A DNA stretch of 64,000 nucleotides from NCBI GenBank assembly GCA_951406725.2, contig OX597825.1:22072001-22136000 (forward strand), given 5' to 3'. The stretch is from Octopus vulgaris. Its lineage: Eukaryota. Shown here one piece after another: positions 55,281 through 64,000 of this stretch. Made by a program: the position numbers and the translations under genes. The notes beneath the pieces are model-generated. The model did not search any database, had not been told where the DNA came from, and saw nothing but the letters and a program-made list of their open reading frames with translations. Every line of letters begins with the position of its first letter. The stretch's first letter is position 1.

Positions 55281-55729
55281 AGAGTGGCTGTGTGGTAAGT
55301 AGCTTGCTTCCCAACCACATGGTTCCGGGTTCAGTCCCACTGCGTGGCACCTTGGGCAAGCGTCTTCTACTACAGCCTCGGGCCGACCAAAGCCTTGTGA
55401 GTTGATTTGGTAGACGGAAACTGAAAGAGGCACGTCATACATATATATATATATATATGTATATGCGTGTGTCTGTGCGTGTGTGTGTATGTGTGCGTGT
55501 GTGTGTTAGTATAAGTTTGTCTGTTTGTCCCCCCCCCCCACCAACATCGCTTGACAACAGATGATGGCGTGATTACGTACCCGTAACTTAGCAGTTCAGC
55601 GAAAGAGACCGATAGAATAAGTACTAGGCTTACAGACAATAAGTCCTTCGGTCGATTTGCTCGACTAAAAGGTGGTGCTCTAGCATGGCCACAGTCAAAT
55701 GACTGAAACAAGTAAAAGAGTAAAAGAGT
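55281..55729 (+). mobile_element. SINE family A, near full length
   Basis: Head, core and tail present; aagcct on both flanks. Confidence 0.95.
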
Positions 55730-55811
55730 AAGCCTGCTAGTTAACACATCACTTTCCTTTCACAAACTGCTAAATTATAGGGACTTAAACAAACCGGTAC
55801 CAGTTGTCCAA

Positions 55812-56045
55812 GAAGGCGGCGAGCTGGCAGAATCGTTAGCACGCCGGCCGGGATGCTTGGTAGTATTTCGTCTGTTGTTACGTGCTGAGTTCAAATTCCG
55901 CCGAGGTCGACTTTGTCTTTCATCCTTTCGGGGTCGATTAAATAAGAATCAGTTACGCACTGGGGTCGATATAATCGACTTAATCCGTTTGTCTGTCCTT
56001 GTTTGTCCTCTCTGTGTTTAGCCCCTTGTGGGTAGTAAAGAAATA
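55812..56045 (+). mobile_element. SINE family B with 16-bp TSD
   Basis: TSD ggtaccagttgtccaa at 55796-55811 and 56046-56061. Confidence 0.96.
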
Positions 56046-56170
56046 GGTACCAGTTGTCCAATACGTGGCAGGTACAAACATAAGCAAAATGACCCACAAG
56101 CATAGACACATATTCACTCACATACACACACAAAAACTCAGGCACACACACATACACATACTCACACATA

Positions 56171-56393
56171 TATGAAGTGGGTACAGTAACGTTCCTGGCT
56201 TTAATGGCATCGCGAAAGATCTGGTTGGGGGCTCTAACTTCCGAAATTTTTGACAGAGCTTAGAAAACCTGAATCGCTGCTACTATAAAGGCGTGAATCT
56301 GAGATAGGAAATGTTGGATAAAATCATAATTAATTGATCCTCCTGTATTTTCTTTTATCCAAAAGCAGGAAATTTTCAGCATCCCCTCACGTA
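56171..56393 (+). mobile_element. Mariner-derived MITE
   Basis: Diverged TIRs tgaagtgggtacagtaacgttcctggcttt / aaaagcaggaaattttcagcatcccctcacg between TA dinucleotides. Internal QSLENLNRCYYKGVNLR*E resembles a mariner C-terminus. Confidence 0.7.
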
Positions 56394-56785
56394 CTCTTTT
56401 CTTTTATTGCATTGCTTATTTCAGTCATTACACTGAGGCCGAGTTGGGGCACGGCCTTGAATAATCTTAGACAAACCAGGATGAATACACACAAACGTTT
56501 CTCCTTCAAATTCACTCTGAAGGCCTTGATTAGCCCGAGGCTGCAGCAGCAAATATTCAGCCAAATTGTCACGACTGTTTCTTTGTACACTATTCACCCA
56601 TTGGTCATCCCAGGACAGTAGTAGCCTACACTTGCACAAGGTGTCATTCATTGAGATTCAATACGAAAACATGTAGTAGCAAAGAGAGTTTCTTAACTGC
56701 ACAATCATGTTTGGGCCCATTATAGTAAAATATTAGAGAAAAAGAAGCTATATATGTTTATTATAAAATATGCTCCCGTACACAT

Positions 56786-56985
56786 AAGTCGGCGAGTTGG
56801 CGGAATCATTAGCACGCCGGGTAAAACTCTTACCCACATTTCTTCTATTTTTACGATCTAAGATCAAATTCTGCCGTGGTATACTTTGCCTTTTATTCAT
56901 ATCGGAGTCGATGAAATAAGTACCATTTGAGCTATGGGGTCGATGCAATCGACTTATCGTTTCTCAAAATGTCAGGCCTTCTGCG
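56786..56985 (+). mobile_element. Degraded SINE family B
   Basis: ggcgagttggcggaatcattagcacgccgg...caaattctgccg...ggggtcgatgcaatcgact. Confidence 0.82.
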
Positions 56986-57000
56986 AACAATCAAGTGTTT

Positions 57001-57041
<41 letters not shown>

Positions 57042-57193
57042 TGCTGAAGTTTTACTTCTGATTTATGAATGAGGATGCTATAATCTGCAAGCATTGATGG
57101 AACTATGCCTTTCCATGTTACATATTTACATAACAGTTATTGGAATTTAAGGGTGAAATTTATAAAATGTAGTTAATATATTTGAACAGATTA

Positions 57194-57548
57194 AAGGCGG
57201 TGACCTGGCAGAAACGTAAACTTGCCGGGCGAAATGATTAGTGGTATTTCGCCTGCCGTTACGTTGTGAGTTCAAATTCCGCGAAGGTCGACTTTGCTTT
57301 TCATCCTTTCGGGGTCGTTAAATTAAGTACCAGTTACGCTTTGGGGTCGATGTAATCGACTTAATCCGTTTGTCTGTCCATGTTTGTCCTCTCTGTGTTT
57401 AGCCCCTTGTGGGTAGTAAATAAATAGGTATTTCGTCTGTCTTTATTTTCTGAGTTGAAATTCCTTTACCTTTCATACTACTGGGGCCGGTCTAATTGAC
57501 TGGCTCCTCTCCCAAAGTTTCAGGCCTTGTGCCTAGAGGAGAAAAGAA
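57194..57548 (+). mobile_element. SINE family B dimer
   Basis: One full unit, then re-entry at aaataggtatttcgtct and a second tail type (tttcaggccttgtgcctagag). Confidence 0.9.
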
Positions 57549-57858
57549 TATAGGCACATGCATCATAATATTGGCAGAAAACGATTAACAAGGCAAATGT
57601 GCAGAGAAATTGAAAAAGAAGAGAGTATTAAAAATTTAAGGCAACGAAACGTAACTGTGTACAAATAAATAACTGATGATTATCGGAATAATCATTTTCC
57701 TCGTTTATCTAATATATATTGCTGTCAATTCGGCTGTGATTGGTTTAAGTATATAATCATTATTCCATCTATTTTGAGAAGTTCATAGCTTCTGAATAGT
57801 TTATGACGCCTCATGTAAGAAAAAAAGCATATAACGCACATATATATATATATGTATT

Positions 57859-57903
<45 letters not shown>

Positions 57904-58646
57904 ATGTATGTATATGTGTTTATGTGTGTAGCGTTCACCACTTCACCTCGTTGTGGCTTAACAGTCCTCACCGTTTGTTTTTACTGTTTTGTTCTTACAG
58001 TCCTGTTTTTGTTACTATTTTGACCCTCCGCAAAAATAATTCATGAAAAAATAATTTGCGAAGACACCATTGACTCTATTATTATCTAGTGTAACAATCT
58101 AAAACTGATAATGAAAAAGTCAATAACGATTACAGGTCCAACGAAAAATTAAATAGCTGAAGGTTTAAAATTAATCAAAGGACATAATATGTATCTCTAT
58201 CTCCTAGAAATAACAGAAAATCTATATTTAAGTAAGAGTTTTGACTGTTATTTCCAGCAGATAGATATACATGGTTAATTTTAATCCTTCAGCTATATAT
58301 TGGTGTCCAATACAAGGCAGGTGCTATTGATGCTCCTATCCGCAGGAAGACTTCTCCTAACGACACACATTCTGTGCCCGATTAGTAATTGCAAGGGGAG
58401 GTCATTGCTCACATCTCTAGCCTTACGTGATACGTATAGACTCGGGTTTCTCGGTGGATACCCTTCCCCAGACTGTGTTAATCACCAGCTAGTGATGGAT
58501 GTTCATTCCACTCGCAAATTACAATATGCTTTTGTAGCGACTCAGTGTCGCTGATCTTGTAAAAGAGTGAGATATATTATATTTAATCTCTGTGCAAGAT
58601 ATAAACAGTAGCGGTATATATACGTACATATATATGTCTGCATGTT

Positions 58647-59258
58647 AAGGCAACGAGCTGGCAGAAACGTTTGCACGCCGGGCGAAATGCCTAGCGGTAT
58701 TTCGTCTGATGCTACGGTCTGAGTACAAATTTCGCCAAGGTCAACTTTGCCTTTCATCCTTTCGGGGTCGATTAAATAAGTACCAGTTACGCACTGGGGT
58801 CGATGTAATCGCCTAATACCTATGTCTGTCCTTGTTTGTCCACTCTATGTTTAGCTCCTTGTGGGTAATAAATAAATAGGTATTTCGTCTGCTGCTACGG
58901 TCTGAGTACAAATTTCGCCGAGGTCGACTTTGCCTTTCATCCTTTCGAGGTCGATTAAATAAGTACCAGTTACGCACTGGAGTCGATATAATCGAATTAA
59001 TCCATTTGTCTGTCCTTGTGTGTCCCCTCCATATGTAGCCCCTTGTGGGCAGTAACAAATAAGAAACGTTCGTACACCGGGCTAAATGCTTAGCGTATTT
59101 CTTCTGTCTTTACATTCTAAGTTTAAATACCGCCGGGGTCGACTTTGCCTTTCGTCCTCTCGCGGTCGATAAATTAAGTACCAGTTGCGTGATGGGGCCG
59201 ATCTAATCGACTGGCCCCATCTCCGAAAATTTCGGGCCTTGTGCGTAGAGTAAAAAAG
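58647..59258 (+). mobile_element. SINE family B trimer
   Basis: Three successive gtc.actttgcctttc cores (~58740, ~58923, ~59138), ending in tttcgggccttgtgcgtagag. Confidence 0.92.
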
Positions 59259-59537
59259 TATATATATGCATGTATATATGTTTGTATTAGATTTGTATTT
59301 CAGTGACTTTCCTGTATCTATCTTCTGCATGTTTTTTTTTTTTATTTTTCTCTCATCTGTTTGCTTCCAGTCATTGACCGGGAGTAATACTGTAGGACAC
59401 GAACTTCCATAGCATTTTATTGATTATTTAATTTATGTTCCTTCGGAAATGGAGTAGAAATTTTATTTCCCGACATTTTAAAACAACTTAGGCATGTTTT
59501 TGATTCTCTCTCTCTCTCTTTCGCTCTCTCTCTCTCA

Positions 59538-59582
<45 letters not shown>

Positions 59583-59706
59583 CCTCACAGACAGAAATAA
59601 ATACACGCGCACGCATACACATAAATATACTATCTACATGTGTGCGCGTGCATATATATATATATATATATATATAATATGCAATATAATATAATATAAT
59701 ATAGTG

Positions 59707-59748
<42 letters not shown>

Positions 59749-59755
59749 ACACACG

Positions 59756-59800
<45 letters not shown>

Positions 59801-61034
59801 ACACACGCACATACATATATATATATATGATAATGTTTTCCGGTGAGAAATCTCTATATAAACTACCGATAAATCAGCATTTAAATGTTTAACAACCCAC
59901 CATAAATTATAATATTTACATATAAATCTGACATTTTGTTTACGAGAGCCCAACTGCAGGAGTTACTGCAGTTAAGTAAATGAAAATAAACAGAGAAAGA
60001 TATATATCACTGGGCATGCTAATTTGAAATAAAACAAGTAAAAATGATAACTACTAACGTTGATATCTATTTAAATATTGAAGTTTAACTTGCATAAAAC
60101 ATATTGGTTTCATTTCATACATAAAAAGAGTTAATTGTATATTTTCGCCTGGTAGAAATAGGAAAGTAATACAATATTAATACTACTTACTCTAGGATGT
60201 TGCAGTATAGAAATATACACGACTCAATTACGATATCTTCTGAAACATTTACGAATAGTTGATAGAAAATAAAGCTAGGTAATGCTGATTATAATGATAA
60301 TATTTCCAGAAGGTGTTATTACGTAAACAGATTCTGTGGTATGAAGATGCTATAACTACAAAGAAGGAAGAAACCTTAAAGACAGTTGAGTGCTAATAAT
60401 TGAAATATTTCGCGAAAATTGTAAATTAAAACGTTATAAGTATTAGTGGAAAATTAGGCCGGTGAAGTCACCTATTAAATACACGTATAATACTCATAAC
60501 ACGTGAGAGTATGTAAATAGATCTTAATATCAGATATTTCATAGAAACGTTCACACACAACAAAATAAATCTAACATCTAATCTAATTTGGGTACATCAT
60601 GAAATGCAAAGGTGGCAAAGAACTTTTGCATTGCAGGGAGAAATATAAGTAGGCAACTAGTAATGTCGCCATTGATGTGTAATAAATGTGGCAATTCTAT
60701 TCTCAGAGTGTCAACACAATTTTCAAGAGAAAATGTTTATTAAGTTTTGCACTACTAAAATCATGAAGTAAAATAACAGTAAGAACAAGTATAATGATGC
60801 CACTGAACTGAAAGATAATAAATATTCATAAAAACATAATTTTTCTTTGCTGATATTGCTGTAAACTGAGTTTGGCAGAAAACATTTTTTGTATAAAAGG
60901 TAAACCTGAAATTTAAACAGTTACAGCGTTCTTGTTTTAAAATTTATGAACATTTTGGCTCTTAAATCACGTCTTCATCATTCTTTATTTTTTGGCTCTT
61001 AAACCATGTCTTCCATCTTCGTTATTTAAAATGA

Positions 61035-61464
61035 ATCTTTTCTATTGGAGGTACAAGTCTTCAAATTCGTGGGGACAGCACTAGTCGATTACCTCTACTC
61101 CAGTGTTTTACTGGTACTAAATATTTTATTGGACCCCGAAAGGATGAAAGGCGAAGTCGATCTCGGCGGAATTTGAACTCAGAACGCAGGGATGAGCGAA
61201 ATACCGGTATTTCGTCCAGCGTGCTAATTCGTATTTTTTTATTGCCCACATGGGGCCAATCATAGGCGAGACAAACAAGGGCAGTCAAAGGGATTGAATC
61301 AATTACATCGACTCCAGTGTGTAACTGGTACTTAATTTATCGACCCCGAAAGGATGAAAGGCAAAGTCGACCTCGGCAGAATTTGAACTCAGAACGTAAC
61401 GGCTGACGAAATATCGCTAAGCATTTCGCCCGGCGCGCTAACGTTTCTGCCAGCTCGCCTCCTT
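61035..61464 (-). mobile_element. SINE family B dimer
   Basis: Two gaccccgaaaggatgaaaggc cores (~61133 and ~61342); head at the 61464 end. Confidence 0.9.
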
Positions 61465-63199
61465 CCTTAGTTCTCATAATTGATGCAAATAGAATACTAT
61501 ACGGGTACCACGGTGAAAACATTGGCAGGGTACCTTAAATTCTACAGATTAACGTTAGTGGGTACCATAAATATTCTTAAGTTATCCTTAGACATTCTTA
61601 CATCTTGAATTAGATTTACACGCTTCGATCCAAAATGTTCGAGGAAAGTAAATTCTTCGGTAGTCATTCTCAAACTATGATTAAACATATTACATAAAAA
61701 TCATATAGACAGAAATGAACATTCCAGTATTAATCGAAAATCCCATAAGCTGTGTGATGGCACTGTTCCACACAACGGTACTGTTCACCAACGGTACAGT
61801 TCCACACAATGAAAGTAATCTCATTTCCTAGAATATTGAGATTACAGATCAGGATATTGTTATAAACATCAGGGAAAATTAAGATATCTACGTCTTGTCG
61901 TTTACGAAAGACAGATTATAAAATAATTGAAAATCTTACATGCCTAGGGAATGCGTAATCGAGTTAGCAATGTTCCCAATGCATGTTATTTTAAGATATA
62001 TTTCAAAATAGATGGTAGCTTGTTGTGTAGTCCCAGCTCAGCCGTCATAGCGATCGGGATATAAAAGGAAGCCTGCACTTATTTAAGAGTAATGTAGTGA
62101 TTTGGATATAGTGGTGCTGTTGATAGTATCGCAGTTTTTAGTTAGATGTTTATGTTTGCCTTAAAAAGTAAAAATATATAATGGAGTGGTTTAGGAGTAT
62201 GTTTCTTTAGAGTTTGATTGTAGATTTTGATGTAGCGACTCGTAAAGTGAAAGCAAATTTTGAATTCATAGGTCTTCTCGTATGGACTGATCAAATGCCT
62301 ATTTCCCTGTTTTTTTGTTTTGCCGCGAAACAAGTCACTGACAAACATTGTAAGCGAAATCTGTTGATTTGTTTAGTGTCCACACACTTTACACGAACTA
62401 GTGTTTTCAACGAAAGCTCTAAATATGTGTGTTAAAATTTGCGCTGTTGTTTTCGTTAGTAATCCAAATATGATTCATGTCAGTATATGTTCTTTGCATG
62501 ATTCTGCGCCTCTTTCTCTGTAGAGTGTTATTCCGGGACTGGAGATACCTGCCCCGACGCACGTGCACACGCACACTCACACACAAGCACAGACACACAC
62601 ATACACGCACCTGCACAAACATACTCACCCATATACACGCACATGCACGCAGCACACAAACTAGCCTCACATAAATACATATACAGCAAAATTTAAATAA
62701 ATTAACTTGTGTCTGTTATACAGATCACTAAATCATACTATACAACAATGAATGATCCACACTCAAATATACACTTGATATGATGCTTATGTGTTATTAG
62801 TTTGACCTTTAATTGAGGTTAGAGATAGTTAACTGCAACGGGATTTGAACTCAGTTCATAACTTCTATTGAGTAAGTTTCATTCAATTTATTGTAGCTAA
62901 GCAACTACTATAAAATTAATTAAAAATATAATAATTAACTGAAACCTCGGACGACTTCACAAACATTTAAAACGTAACAATGCTGTTGAACAAAGCAGAA
63001 AGAAATAACGTAAAATTATACTAATAAACTGGGAAAAATATTTATATGATAAAATTCTAAAAGGTGACGGCATTAAACAAATTGCATTTAAAATAATATG
63101 CAAGCGCACAAATATGCATTCATGTATCTATTCGTATACTCATATGCATACACATAAAAACACATGTTCACCAACTGATATAGGTACACATACAACCCC

Positions 63200-63268
<69 letters not shown>

Positions 63269-64000
63269 GACATATGTACATATATATATACTTCAGAAAC
63301 AAGAGCATATATCCACATATAGTCAGTAATATACAGGCGTAAACGTATATAATTTCAAATATATATTGCTCGGTATAGTGCATGGTGTTAGACACCATGT
63401 AATATATATATCTATCACATACACATTCATGCGTATTCGTATACAATATGAAGTGTGCGTTCTCAAGTAAAATACGTGGTATACGCTAATGGTGAGAAAT
63501 CTAGACGAGTATTTGTTATCCTGTTTACAATTCCAAACGTTATTTGATTAAATTCTATCACACTTTAACTTTTTAACTATATAAACAACTGTTTTCTAAT
63601 TGCTTTAATGGCATTAGTTTTATTATATTGTTTTTGTATTTTTGTCCATAATATCCCCCATTTCATTTCATGAATATATTTTAATAATTTTATACTAGAT
63701 GTTTTATTAGTATTACTTTCAATTCAAATACTCCGTCTAATTATCTCCTTCATCAATGTTAGATATTTTACCGTATTGCAGCATATTTAAATGATAATTA
63801 TTTTGTGCTGGGCACTGGATAGAAAACTAAAATTCATACATGAAGCAGTTATTATTTTCACAGAGTTTTTGCTTTTATTTAAAAAATTACCTGTCTCGTC
63901 TACGCTACCTCCGCCTCTGTCATTCCATTGCTTTCACCTACATTTAGACTATCATCCTTTCTGCTACTACCCATATTTATACAAATATAACTTCGTATTC

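Noticed and set aside
58647-59258. CRISPR-like repeat array
   Set aside because: Units are ~200-bp SINE multimers without unique spacers; eukaryotic context and no cas genes.

Overview
AT-rich eukaryotic non-coding DNA, packed with microsatellites and transposon remnants. The repeat content suggests a coleoid cephalopod such as Octopus (inference from recalled repeat content, not verified). I found no convincing host-gene exon, RNA gene or CRISPR array, and most ORFs in the track are microsatellite artefacts. Recognisable coding sequence is all TE-derived: a 5'-truncated Dong/R4-type RLE retrotransposon (43537-45871), a fossil near-full-length Dong/R4 directly upstream (~38960-43300), a CR1-type LINE (33456-35034), and Penelope and mariner relics. 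There are at least four tRNA-headed SINE families, MITEs with 6-bp, TTAA and TA target sites, and one non-autonomous Helitron. The most interesting system is (TAA)n-targeted retroposition. Two TAA tracts have collected stacked co-oriented insertions: several Dong/R4 lineages, two copies of a unit-length ~555-bp non-coding element, and a chimera joining a Dong 3'UTR to ~205 bp of neighbouring genomic DNA. Also notable are SINE tail-swapping with a visible CR1 partner, several long foldbacks, and minimal hammerhead-like motifs. All alignments were made by eye and boundaries are approximate.
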